A DNA stretch of 51,097 nt from Bacteroidota bacterium (GCA_023430725.1 JAEYZD010000199.1:1-51097), one strand, 5' to 3'; positions 15,438 through 24,708 are shown, counted from the first letter of the stretch. Translations and numbers: made by a program. Notes: generated from the letters alone by a model not told the origin.

Positions 15438-18257
15438 CTATTCTGCAGGCTTGTGATAACGGTCAATTACTCTCCTCAGATCTTCAACCGTGACCGGTTT
15501 GGCAAGCAGTTCCTTCATTCCGGTTTTCTCGGCCCTCAGCCTGGTCTCGGGCATGTTATCGGCAGAGAGTGCTATTATCTGCGTGTTCCGGTCAAATCCG
15601 AGGATGGTACGGGCAGCTTCAAAACCGTCTATTTCAGGCATGATGAGATCCATCAGAATCAGGTCGTAGGACTTCTCGCGGGCCATCTCAACAGCCTCGG
15701 CAGCACCGGCGGCAAATTCCGCCTGCACCCCGAGCACCTTCAGGAGCGAGCCCACAACTTTCCGGTTGAGATAGTTGTCGTCCACAACGAGGATAACCGG
15801 AACATCCGATTTGTCTGAATTGAGCCTGGCAGAGTGCGCCCTGAGTGACGGGAAGTGTTCCCTGAGCACCTTTATCAGATCTTCTGCTGCGAATGGTTTG
15901 ACAAGGAGATGGTCAATACCCAGGTCTACGCATCTTGCATAATGCCCTTTCGGATCCCTTGATGTGAACATCAGGACAACATGTTCCGAGGTCATGCCCG
16001 CATCCAGCAGTGCCTTTGCAGGTCCAAAGCCGTCTGCTTCGGGCTCGTCAAAGATTACAAGCAGGGAATATCTGCCATTCCCGCTCTTCAGGCTGGTCAT
16101 TATCTGGGAGGTCGTATGCTTCTGGAAACTGGTAACCGAGACGGGCAGTCCCACCCGGTGCATGATGCTCAGGAAATCGTCGTCCCGGCCCTGCGTTCCT
16201 GTGATGACAAGGGTCCGGATTTCTGCCGGATCAGTGATGCTGCTCAGTTCAATCTTCTTGGAGATCTTCTCATTGAGATGCACGTTGACTGTAAAGGTAA
16301 CCTTCAGCCCTTTTTCACGACCGGAGGCATCCTTTCCTGCAGGGCTCTCGGCGGTAAGCTCTCCCCCCATCAGTTCTGTCAGCTGCCTGGCAAGAACCGG
16401 TCCAAGTTTAAGGTCTTCAGCCCATTCGGTGCGCTCACTTAAAGTGGTTATGTAGTCACCGAACAGCTTCTTGATCTCAGCCCTGGTATATGTGTTTCCT
16501 GTATCTGAGAGGGTAAATTCAAGGGTGAACCTGTTACCTTCCGAGTTTCTGACCCGGCAATCAAGTCTAATCTCCCCGGCCTGGGTTCCTGCGACGGAAT
16601 TGCTCATCAGGTTGGTGATCACCTGTCTAAGCCTGTAAGGATCACCTATAAGGTTCTCCGGCACTGTCTCGTCAATCAGGGATTCAAACCTTACCGGAAT
16701 TTCGGGGTTCTGGCGCCTGACCAGGTTCATGCTGTAGGCAACCTCCTCCCTGAGCCTGAAGGGTATCTCATCAAGGATCATCTTGCCGGTTTCAACCTTT
16801 GAAACATCAAAGATATCATTGATGATGCCGAGCAGCAGATCAGCAGATCTCCGGAGTAACCGGGCCACCTCTTTTGACTCCTCAGGAAGGTCTGACCTGT
16901 TGAGCATTTCGGTCATCCCAAGGATGCCGTTAAGGGGTGTCCGTATCTCGAAGCTCATTCTGGCCAGGAGCTCTGACTTGGCAATATTTGCATCTGCCTC
17001 CTGCCGGCGGGCCAGCTCGAGTGAGGTTATGTCAATGAGCGAATCAAGAGTGCTGCTGCTTCCGGCCCAGTTAACGGGAATTGAGCTGATGAACAGTATT
17101 TTGTCTCCTCCGGTCACAGGAATTTTAACAACCCTCCCCTGGCTGAATTTGCCTGAGATGTCACTTATATATTCATTGCGCGACAGGTCAGGCATGAGCT
17201 TGCCGGTCATCTCCGACTCGCTTTCAAATGAGAAGTGAGATGCGGCCTGCCTGTTCACCCGGAGAATCTCCCTGGCTTCATTGTAGATAATGAAACCCAC
17301 AGGCATCTGGTCAAGAATTGACAACAGGCCGGCTTCCGACGATTTCTTCTCTTCAAGCCGGAGCGACTGGTTTCTGATGAACCGGCGGAAGATGATGATT
17401 ATAAACAGTATGGCGGCAAGCGTCATCAGTCCCAGGAGGAGTGTGTTTCTAACCAGGTACTTTTGGAAGAATTCGGTGGGAGCCGAAAACACAAGCCCGA
17501 AATCGAGGCCCATGATATTCACAGGGTAGTATGAGGAGAGAATTTCCTGGTCTCCTTCATCGCCGGTGACGGAGTGAGAAATCCTGCCTGAATTTCCCTG
17601 CTCAAGGGCTTCTGAGAGGTGATCGAGCCGGGAGTAGCTCACTTCACGGCCTAAGTTGTCAAACAGAACTGCCCCGGTGTCGTCAACCACCCATTGCCAC
17701 TGGTAATCCTCCAGATTGTATTTTGAGAAAATGCCTGCGAAGTATTTCCTGAAGTCAATTGTTATTACCAGGTTTCCCAGCACCAGCCCATCCTTGAGCA
17801 CCGGCAGGAAGTACCTGTACCTGTCGCGTTCAGGCTCCAGTTCTTCCGTCATGTGTATGACCGGTACCGTCTGTGCCCTGTATGTGCCGTCAAGCCACGA
17901 ATTCCTCTCTTCGTCCTTGAAAAGGGTGTAAACATCGCCGTCTGTGTTGTAAAGCATAAGCCCGACAACTATCTCCTCATACCTGGAGTAATAAAGTTTC
18001 ATCTTTTCCTTCGCCCGTAGATTGACATCAGGGTCTGAAAAGAAGAGGGTGATATCATCTGAGAAGTCGATCTCGGTAAGGTCACTGACAATGTACATAC
18101 TTGTATTGTCAATGTCTGATCCGGCGATCATAACCTGCCTGTCAAGCAGCTTGTTGGAGTACTCCAGCTGGTTCCTGTAGAGACTGAGATAGAACAGCAC
18201 CGTGATTATCATCAGCAGTGCAAATGCGGTGTATGCTGCCAGCGAGGTTTTTTTCAT
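15438..18257 (-). CDS. Hybrid sensor kinase-like protein with a degenerate kinase core (H-box His replaced by Phe) and a C-terminal receiver domain
   Basis: Domain order: TM, periplasmic Cache-like region, TM, PAS, then DHp (KSELLARMSFEIRTPLNGILGM). The CA-like domain has NLMSNSV, SDTGNTY and DLKLGP. A receiver-like segment follows, then a canonical REC (ILVVDDN...LILMDLIMPEIDG...ALSA...AKP). Confidence 0.85.
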   Translation of the reverse strand: MKKTSLAAYTAFALLMIITVLFYLSLYRNQLEYSNKLLDRQVMIAGSDIDNTSMYIVSDLTEIDFSDDITLFFSDPDVNLRAKEKMKLYYSRYEEIVVGLMLYNTDGDVYTLFKDEERNSWLDGTYRAQTVPVIHMTEELEPERDRYRYFLPVLKDGLVLGNLVITIDFRKYFAGIFSKYNLEDYQWQWVVDDTGAVLFDNLGREVSYSRLDHLSEALEQGNSGRISHSVTGDEGDQEILSSYYPVNIMGLDFGLVFSAPTEFFQKYLVRNTLLLGLMTLAAILFIIIIFRRFIRNQSLRLEEKKSSEAGLLSILDQMPVGFIIYNEAREILRVNRQAASHFSFESESEMTGKLMPDLSRNEYISDISGKFSQGRVVKIPVTGGDKILFISSIPVNWAGSSSTLDSLIDITSLELARRQEADANIAKSELLARMSFEIRTPLNGILGMTEMLNRSDLPEESKEVARLLRRSADLLLGIINDIFDVSKVETGKMILDEIPFRLREEVAYSMNLVRRQNPEIPVRFESLIDETVPENLIGDPYRLRQVITNLMSNSVAGTQAGEIRLDCRVRNSEGNRFTLEFTLSDTGNTYTRAEIKKLFGDYITTLSERTEWAEDLKLGPVLARQLTELMGGELTAESPAGKDASGREKGLKVTFTVNVHLNEKISKKIELSSITDPAEIRTLVITGTQGRDDDFLSIMHRVGLPVSVTSFQKHTTSQIMTSLKSGNGRYSLLVIFDEPEADGFGPAKALLDAGMTSEHVVLMFTSRDPKGHYARCVDLGIDHLLVKPFAAEDLIKVLREHFPSLRAHSARLNSDKSDVPVILVVDDNYLNRKVVGSLLKVLGVQAEFAAGAAEAVEMAREKSYDLILMDLIMPEIDGFEAARTILGFDRNTQIIALSADNMPETRLRAEKTGMKELLAKPVTVEDLRRVIDRYHKPAE

Positions 18258-18284
18258 TCGGAGTATGTGCCGTAAGGATAACGC

Positions 18285-19205
18285 TTATCTGTACTTTTCA
18301 TTGTCCTCCAGCAGCATGCTCAGGTAGCTTTTGTATCTCCATATTTCGATGCCGTTTCCGGCGACCGCATCGCGAACGGCGCATCCCGGTTCATCAAGAT
18401 GGAGGCAGTTGTTGAACCTGCATTCTTTGGCGATTCTGAATATCTCGGGAAAAAAATGGTAGATCTCACGGCGGTCAAAATCGATCACCCCGAAACCTCT
18501 TATACCCGGGGTGTCAATCACATATCCGCCTCCAGGGAGGGGATGCATCTCCGGGAATGTTGTGATGTGCCGGCCCTGTTCATGGTAATCTGAAATCGAT
18601 GCGGTCCTGAGCGAAAGGGACGGGTTGAGCCTGTTGAGAAGCGTGCTCTTCCCGACGCCCGAGTTGCCTGAGAGAAGCGTCGTCCTGTTCCGGAGCAGCT
18701 CTTCCAGATCATCCTGCTTATTGTCCTCAGTGGCTGATATCAGCATTACCCGGTAGCCAATCTTTTCATACACAGACCTTATCCGCTCAGCCTGTTCCAT
18801 ATCCGCGTCACCGTAAAGGTCAGTCTTGTTAATCACCAGTATGACAGGTATGCGGTAGGCCTCCGCAGTTGCAAGGAAGCGGTCAATGAACTCGACAGGC
18901 GTTGACGGCATCCTGACGGTCACAAGCAACAGAGCCTGGTCAATGTTTGCGGCTATCACCTGTGACTCCCGTGAAAGGTTTGATGCCTTGCGGATGATGT
19001 AGTTTCTGCGGGGAGAGAGAGCTGTTATAAGACTCTCTGCAGGATCAAAGGTCACATTGTCACCGACGGCGACGGGGTTGGTTGTCCGGACGCCGCTGAC
19101 CCTGAAGCGTCCGCGGAGAACACACTCATGAATGTTCCCGGACTCATCCAGCACCCGGTAGCGGCTGCCGGTCGATTTTATGACAATACCCTTCAGCAAT
19201 CCCAT
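18285..19205 (-). CDS. rsgA: Ribosome small-subunit-dependent GTPase A
   Basis: Circularly permuted GTPase motifs: LVINKTDL then GNSGVGKSTLLN, DTPG. C-terminal zinc knuckle CRFNNCLHLDEPGCAV. Confidence 0.92.
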   Translation of the reverse strand: MGLLKGIVIKSTGSRYRVLDESGNIHECVLRGRFRVSGVRTTNPVAVGDNVTFDPAESLITALSPRRNYIIRKASNLSRESQVIAANIDQALLLVTVRMPSTPVEFIDRFLATAEAYRIPVILVINKTDLYGDADMEQAERIRSVYEKIGYRVMLISATEDNKQDDLEELLRNRTTLLSGNSGVGKSTLLNRLNPSLSLRTASISDYHEQGRHITTFPEMHPLPGGGYVIDTPGIRGFGVIDFDRREIYHFFPEIFRIAKECRFNNCLHLDEPGCAVRDAVAGNGIEIWRYKSYLSMLLEDNEKYR

Positions 19206-19216
19206 ATATCTGCAGC

Positions 19217-19256
19217 AAAAATAAAAAAGTGATGCCTCGTTTTGCCGGACATCACT
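19217..19256 (-). terminator. Rho-independent terminator after the phosphofructokinase gene
   Basis: On the minus strand: AGTGATG(t)CC - loop - GGCATCACT, followed by TTTTTTATTTTT. Confidence 0.75.
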
Positions 19257-19284
19257 CTTTTTATTATCGGTTGAGATTCTCTTT

Positions 19285-20490
19285 TCAATACTCAGCGGCC
19301 ATGAGGAAGAAGGGCTTCATCTCAAAGTTGGAGTAGTATGGCCTGAGCCTTTCAATATTGTAGTACTCGGAGACCTTGACGATTTTCTTGGATGAAGTAA
19401 CAACGTCAATAGGCACGTTGTCATACCTGCCGTTCTTGAGCACCACCACCCTGCCGTGAATGCCCTTCATGATAAGGTCAAGTGCCAGGTTGCCGAACGC
19501 CATCGGAACTATCGAGTCAACAGCGTCAGGGTCACCGCCCCTGACCATATAGCCAAGCTTCTGGTTGATAATGTTGATTGTCTTGCCGTTGTTGAACTTC
19601 GCAGTGTGTTCCTTGATCTCCGCCGAGACAAGGTCTCCGATGCCTCCCAGTTTTGCATGTCCGTAAGCATCACGCTCGCTGTCCTGGAAAATCATGTCAC
19701 CACCCTTATAGAGGGCCCCTTCTGAAACAAGTACTATCGAGTATTTGCTTGGGTTGGAGTTGCGGTCTTCGACGAGAAGCTTTGTAAGCTGTTCAATGTC
19801 AAACCTGTACTCCGGAATAACACAGCGGTTTGCAGCGCCGGCCATAGTCGGAAGCATAGCCGTGAAACCGGCATACCTTCCGAAGACCTCGAGAACCATT
19901 ATACGCTCATGTGAGCCGGCAGAGGTACGGAGAGTGTTGGTCATCTGTATCGTGCGGGTGACACAGGTGCTGAAGCCAATGCAATAGTCCGTTCCGGGAA
20001 CGTCATTATCCATCGTCTTGGGTATGGCCACAACCTTAACACCCTGTTTGTAAAGATGCACTCCGTAGCTGAGGGTATCATCCCCGCCTATCGGAATAAG
20101 AAAATCAATTCCCAGCCACTCGAGGTTCTTGATCACCTCCGGGGTAAGGTCATTTATCTCCTCCTTGTAGGTGTCCTTCAGATGGTCGGGTACTGCATTT
20201 TTAGCCACATGGCTCGGCCTCGTACGAGAGGTGTGAAGGAATGTTCCCCCGGTCCTTCCGGATTTGTTGACTATATCATCTGTAAGCACCTGAAAGCAGT
20301 TGCTGTTGTCAGCCTTGGCGTCCCTTACTATCTCGATGATACCACCCCATCCGCGTCTGAGGCCGATCACTTTATAGCCTTCCCTGTTGGCCCTGATTGT
20401 CACCGCCCTTATTGCGGGATTAAGCCCCGGGACATCCCCCCCGCCTGTCAGGATGCCAATCACTCCTTTGATTTTCTTCTGGTTTGCCAT
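19285..20490 (-). CDS. pfp: Pyrophosphate-dependent 6-phosphofructokinase (diphosphate--fructose-6-phosphate 1-phosphotransferase)
   Basis: PFK family motifs GILTGGGDVPGLN, IGGDDTLS and PKTMDND. The GGDD and PK(T) variants are the PPi-type residues; ATP-type enzymes have GGDG and PGT. Start placed at MANQKK (20490); the ORF-track start at 20514 is also possible. Confidence 0.85.
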   Translation of the reverse strand: MANQKKIKGVIGILTGGGDVPGLNPAIRAVTIRANREGYKVIGLRRGWGGIIEIVRDAKADNSNCFQVLTDDIVNKSGRTGGTFLHTSRTRPSHVAKNAVPDHLKDTYKEEINDLTPEVIKNLEWLGIDFLIPIGGDDTLSYGVHLYKQGVKVVAIPKTMDNDVPGTDYCIGFSTCVTRTIQMTNTLRTSAGSHERIMVLEVFGRYAGFTAMLPTMAGAANRCVIPEYRFDIEQLTKLLVEDRNSNPSKYSIVLVSEGALYKGGDMIFQDSERDAYGHAKLGGIGDLVSAEIKEHTAKFNNGKTINIINQKLGYMVRGGDPDAVDSIVPMAFGNLALDLIMKGIHGRVVVLKNGRYDNVPIDVVTSSKKIVKVSEYYNIERLRPYYSNFEMKPFFLMAAEY

Positions 20491-20591
20491 TTTAAATCCT
20501 TTATTTTTGAACAATTTGAATGCAGGCGGTAAAAGTAGAATATTTCAAAATCATATCAAAAAGGTAATTATTCACTGCTTAAATTTTTTAA

Positions 20592-20599
20592 TATTTTTG
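20592..20599 (+). promoter_or_regulatory. -7 promoter box TATTTTTG
   Basis: Perfect TAnnTTTG, 12 nt upstream of the ATG at 20612. Confidence 0.4.
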
Positions 20600-20611
20600 G
20601 TAAAAAAGCGA

Positions 20612-21034
20612 ATGAATAAAACAGACAGGGCAATCCGATACTTCAGGGAGGGCTACAGTTGCTCACAGGCTGTGCTTCTGGCATTTGCCGGCGAAGGCGG
20701 TGACGCGGCAAGGATGGCAGCTTCATTTGGCGGCGGAATGGGACGGATGCAGAAGACCTGCGGAGCGGTGACAGGAGCCTATGTCTGGTTCGGACTGGCC
20801 TACGGTGCTCCCGGCATTCCGGACGAGAGTGACAAAGCCAGGGTATATGACCGGGTAAGGGAGTTCAACAGGATCTTTACCGGAAGAAACGGCACCGACC
20901 AGTGTTCTGAACTGCTCGGCCAGAACCTTAACAGTCGCGAGGGGAAAGAACGTATCAGCACTCTTGGATTAACTGAAAAGGTTTGCGAGAAATGCATCCG
21001 CGACTCTGTTGAGATAATTGAATCACTTGAATAA
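20612..21034 (+). CDS. C_GCAxxG_C_C family redox-active protein
   Basis: MNKTDRAIRYFREGYSCSQAVLLAF...CGAVTGA...CSELLG...CEKCI matches the C-GCAxxG-C-C pattern. The longer ORF-track start (20387) overlaps the divergent pfp gene and lies upstream of the promoter box. Confidence 0.8.
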   Translation: MNKTDRAIRYFREGYSCSQAVLLAFAGEGGDAARMAASFGGGMGRMQKTCGAVTGAYVWFGLAYGAPGIPDESDKARVYDRVREFNRIFTGRNGTDQCSELLGQNLNSREGKERISTLGLTEKVCEKCIRDSVEIIESLE

Positions 21035-21037
21035 GAG

Positions 21038-21937
21038 ATGCATCGGGTAATAATTACCGGAGGATCCGGGCTGATTGGTTCACACCTGAGCACACTGCTC
21101 TCAGCTGAGGGCTGGCAGGTGGTTCACCTTACGCGAAGCGCGAATAAGAGTGGCCGGTATGAGTCCTACAGGTGGGATCCGGAAAGCGGGTACTGTGACA
21201 GCGGGGCTTTCCGGGACGGAGATGCAATCATACACCTTGCAGCATCAAACATAGGACAGGGAAGATGGACCGCGGCACGAAAAAGGGATATAATCCGCAG
21301 CCGGACTGTCACTGGAGAACTGCTGCATAAATCGACTGTGGGAACGGGAGTTCATCCATCGGTTTTTATAACCGCCTCAGGAGTAAATTATTACGGCTCC
21401 GGCCCTTCGGAGAGAATATACGTGGAGTCTGACCCTCCCGCAGGTGATTTCCTGGGTGAGACCTGCAGACTGTGGGAGGCTGCGGCAGACCCGTTTGCCG
21501 AGGCCGGAGTCAGGGTGGTCAGGATGCGGACTGCGGTGGTTCTGGCCCGTCACGGATCAGCTCTGAATAAAATGACCGCACCGGCCAGGGCAGGTTTGAT
21601 TGTCAGACTGGGCAAGGGAGATCAGTATTTTCCATGGATACACATTGATGATCTCTCGGCCGTTTATCACAAGGCACTGACAGACACCGCCATGTCCGGT
21701 CCGTACAATGCCGTGGCTCCGCACCAGGTGACGCATGATATGCTGATGGGCGAGGTCGCACGCCAGAGAAGGTTGCCGGTGTTCCTTCCGCACGTTCCCG
21801 GCTGGCTGCTGCGTGCAGTCCTCGGGGAGATGGCTGTGGTACTTACGGAGGGAAGCCGTATCTCTTCTGACCGGCTTTCGGAAACCGGCTTCCGGTTCCG
21901 TTACCCTGATATCTCATCTGCACTAAGGGCTTGCTGA
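21038..21937 (+). CDS. TIGR01777-type NAD(P)-binding epimerase family protein with DUF1731 C-terminus (YfcH-like)
   Basis: Rossmann motif ITGGSGLIGSHL. C-terminal SSDRLSETGFRFRYPDISSAL, typical of DUF1731. Confidence 0.8.
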   Translation: MHRVIITGGSGLIGSHLSTLLSAEGWQVVHLTRSANKSGRYESYRWDPESGYCDSGAFRDGDAIIHLAASNIGQGRWTAARKRDIIRSRTVTGELLHKSTVGTGVHPSVFITASGVNYYGSGPSERIYVESDPPAGDFLGETCRLWEAAADPFAEAGVRVVRMRTAVVLARHGSALNKMTAPARAGLIVRLGKGDQYFPWIHIDDLSAVYHKALTDTAMSGPYNAVAPHQVTHDMLMGEVARQRRLPVFLPHVPGWLLRAVLGEMAVVLTEGSRISSDRLSETGFRFRYPDISSALRAC

Positions 21938-22035
21938 GGTTTCACCGGAACGTCATTAGACAACACCCCACCCCCCGTAGCGGGGCTATATCCTGCAACG
22001 GATAAAACGGGAATCAGGCAAAGGTTCAGTGCGGA

Positions 22036-23937
22036 CTACCTGATTGTAAATTCCTTTTCCGGGAGAATGCCTGCCCTGGTTGTAATAACGGTGGCCGTAC
22101 CGCCAAGCTCGCCGCTGCCGTATATCCTGATAACAAAGTGAACCTCGGCGGTGGCACCGCCGGGAGTGAAGCCGGCCGTTGCTGATATGTACTCAGGCCC
22201 GCGGCTCTCCTCGTCGGAATACATCATGCTTTCACGCCGGCGCGGGCCGGCAGCCGGCTCAATAACCTTGTATCGCGGCACACTGTCACCCCCGAGTTTA
22301 ATTCTCACCTCATCGGGTTTTACAATCTTGACAAGATGGGCCTGGCTGAGGGCCGTGGGTAACTTGCCGGCATTCCTGAACCTGACGGTCAGGTCATAAT
22401 CAGCTGAATCACCGCGGTGTTTCTTCACCATTTTAACGGTGAAATCTTCCCACTCCAGCCGTGGCAGATGTTTAATAAGCTCCAGGTTGAACAGCGCCTC
22501 GTTGGCGGCCCATGTCTCGAGATGGGCGGACGGAGGATTCTGGCTGAAGAATTTCGGATGAAAGCCTCCGGCCTCGACACTGTCATGGAGCGGATGGCTG
22601 ACAGGCTTCCACTCATGGAAACCATCGCCGCTGTTTGCCTCCTCATCCCATGCAAGCATGTCAAGCTGATCCTTGTCTCCGTCTCCGTCATAATCCTTTG
22701 GCCTGCCCCCGTTCCATAGCTCGTCACCGTACCAGATGGCTCCGTAATACCAGTATCCGAAGTCGGGACCGTGACCGAACAGGGGCTGTCCGCTGCCATA
22801 ATCATTATACACATCCCCTGCTTTTTCGTAGCCGGTTATCTTTCCTGCCAGGGCATCAAAATATTTGTACCATTTAAGGTCTTCCGGGTACATCCGTTCC
22901 TCCGAAGGTGATGTCGAGGGGGGTCTCAGATGCATAGGCACTGTGGTGTCCATGGAGTTGACAACATAGATATTCGGATGTGTCATCAGGAAAGTGAAGA
23001 CAGCGCGGGTTTCCGGCTCACTCAGAGGGTATTCCCCTGCCCCTCGCTGAGTGAATCCCCGGCCTGTCAGCTCCCTTTCAGGCCTCCAGTTTTCGGGATA
23101 GTTACGGTGAAGGTCAAGACCGCCGATGCCGTCCTCATTTATGCGGCCGTCACCGTCATTATCCACCCCCTCGGCAGAACTTGCATAGATCCCTTCGCCG
23201 CGGGGAACACGTTTCATTATCCTTCCCGACGGATCAGCCGTGTCCGGCACCAGGGTGCCGTTTTTCCTGTCAGGCCACCGCAGGGTAAGAATGATTCCGT
23301 CACCGTCGATATCTTCGGGAGGATCCTCGTCATAAAGGCCGTCGTTGTCATTGTCATCAGGCCTGACGGTGCTTCGGTTGCTCTGGGCTGTGTTCAGGTA
23401 CATTTCGTGACCGTCGGGATTGTTGACCGGTCGCAGATAGACCGTGAAATGATCAAGCAGGTCTGTTATTGCAGGGTCATTGCCATAACCGTCAATCAGA
23501 TGCCTTGCCAGCCACAGGACCGACTCTGCGCTTGTGATCTCACCGCTGTGCCGGTTACCCTCAAAGAAGGCAGCCGGCTTGTCGGTATCCGTTCCGTTTT
23601 TTGTGCTGGTAAGGGTCATCTGCATTATTGGTCTCCCTTCATAGCTGCGGGCTATCTCATACAGCGAGACAATCTCAGGGTGCTCCGCGGCCCAGCGGGA
23701 CATCCAGTGACATATGACCGCGTAGGTATGGTACCTGTCGAATGAGAGAGTGTCACCAGGAGTGTATTCAACCCCCGGATGCTGAACGCGCGGGAAGAAA
23801 CTTATGCCGTGACGTGTACCGCCAACTGTATAATGTGATGTGTCAGACACGGATGGCGGTTGCTGGGCCTGTGCCTGGCCCGTCTGAAAGGATAAAAGAA
23901 TACTGACGAGAATCAGTGTGCCGTGGAATTTTTTCAT
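22036..23937 (-). CDS. Secreted M14 family zinc carboxypeptidase with Asp-rich calcium-binding-like inserts
   Basis: Signal peptide. Zinc-ligand motif HxxE in FFEGNRHSGEITSAE. NNPDGH. Three DxDxDG-like inserts (DDNDNDGLYDED..DIDGDG, DNDGDGRINEDG, DYDGDGDKDQ). Confidence 0.8.
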   Translation of the reverse strand: MKKFHGTLILVSILLSFQTGQAQAQQPPSVSDTSHYTVGGTRHGISFFPRVQHPGVEYTPGDTLSFDRYHTYAVICHWMSRWAAEHPEIVSLYEIARSYEGRPIMQMTLTSTKNGTDTDKPAAFFEGNRHSGEITSAESVLWLARHLIDGYGNDPAITDLLDHFTVYLRPVNNPDGHEMYLNTAQSNRSTVRPDDNDNDGLYDEDPPEDIDGDGIILTLRWPDRKNGTLVPDTADPSGRIMKRVPRGEGIYASSAEGVDNDGDGRINEDGIGGLDLHRNYPENWRPERELTGRGFTQRGAGEYPLSEPETRAVFTFLMTHPNIYVVNSMDTTVPMHLRPPSTSPSEERMYPEDLKWYKYFDALAGKITGYEKAGDVYNDYGSGQPLFGHGPDFGYWYYGAIWYGDELWNGGRPKDYDGDGDKDQLDMLAWDEEANSGDGFHEWKPVSHPLHDSVEAGGFHPKFFSQNPPSAHLETWAANEALFNLELIKHLPRLEWEDFTVKMVKKHRGDSADYDLTVRFRNAGKLPTALSQAHLVKIVKPDEVRIKLGGDSVPRYKVIEPAAGPRRRESMMYSDEESRGPEYISATAGFTPGGATAEVHFVIRIYGSGELGGTATVITTRAGILPEKEFTIR

Positions 23938-23992
23938 TTCGGAGGGTTAATTGCGTAAAAACGCAATCAAGATAATGAATTTGAATGTATGA

Positions 23993-24700
23993 TCAGCCGC
24001 GTCTGGAGATCACTTCAAGCTTATTCATGTCGGTGATCTCAATCGTCCTTCCGTTGGCATTGATGATGCCGTCACGCCGAAACTCTGAAAATGTGCGTAT
24101 TACGTTGGCTGAGCTCATGCTGATCAGATCGGCAATCTCCTTTCTGGAAACCGGCAGGTCAAATATTCTGGAGTGGTAAAGTTCCTTCGAAAAATAGAGC
24201 AGTACATATGCAATCCTCCCGGCAAGATTTCTCTTCCTGATCTCAAGACTGAGCGAGATTATGTTTTCAGATGTCCTGGAGAGCACTGATATGAGGTTCA
24301 GGGCAAATTTGCCGTTCTTCAGTATCAGCTCCCTGATCAGCTCTATCCTTATACAGCACACTATCGAATCTTCAAGAGCAGAGAGTGAATAACGGTACGT
24401 CTCCTCGTGAAAAATGTTTGTATTACTTACAAACTCGAATGGCCTGGTGATTGTTATGATCTGTTCCTCACCTTCTTCCGTAGTCTTGTAGAGCTTTACC
24501 AGCCCGGTCTTCAGGTACTTGAAATCACGAATGGGGTCACCCCCGAGATGTATGATCTCTCCCTTGGAAAAGGATTTCTCCTCTCGTGTTTCACATACCT
24601 TTTGTACATCAGCCTCGTCCAGGAAGGAAAAAGTTAGATTCCTCAGCTCACACGACATGCAGGAGCACTTTTTCTTCCGTGTGTTTGTGTCGATATTCAT
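23993..24700 (-). CDS. Crp/Fnr family transcriptional regulator with an FNR-like cysteine set
   Basis: cNMP-binding-like beta-roll plus C-terminal HTH (SRKEIADLISMSSANVIRTFSEFRRDG). N-terminal CSCMSC. SALEDSIVCCIRIE aligns with E. coli FNR ALETSMVCEIPFE (Cys122). Start placed at the ATG at 24700; the ORF-track start at 24730 is TTG. Confidence 0.8.
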   Translation of the reverse strand: MNIDTNTRKKKCSCMSCELRNLTFSFLDEADVQKVCETREEKSFSKGEIIHLGGDPIRDFKYLKTGLVKLYKTTEEGEEQIITITRPFEFVSNTNIFHEETYRYSLSALEDSIVCCIRIELIRELILKNGKFALNLISVLSRTSENIISLSLEIRKRNLAGRIAYVLLYFSKELYHSRIFDLPVSRKEIADLISMSSANVIRTFSEFRRDGIINANGRTIEITDMNKLEVISRRG

Positions 24701-24708
24701 GTATTCTA

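Noticed and set aside
15333-16455. Plus-strand ORFs of 153-163 aa
   Set aside because: They are antisense to selU and the hybrid kinase gene and carry no motifs.
20387-20611. Long N-terminal extension of the C_GCAxxG_C_C ORF
   Set aside because: The extension overlaps the divergent pfp coding region and precedes the TATTTTTG promoter box. The family N-terminus begins at MNKTDRAIRYF.
22930-23745. 271-aa plus-strand ORF
   Set aside because: It is antisense to the M14 carboxypeptidase gene, which has clear catalytic motifs.
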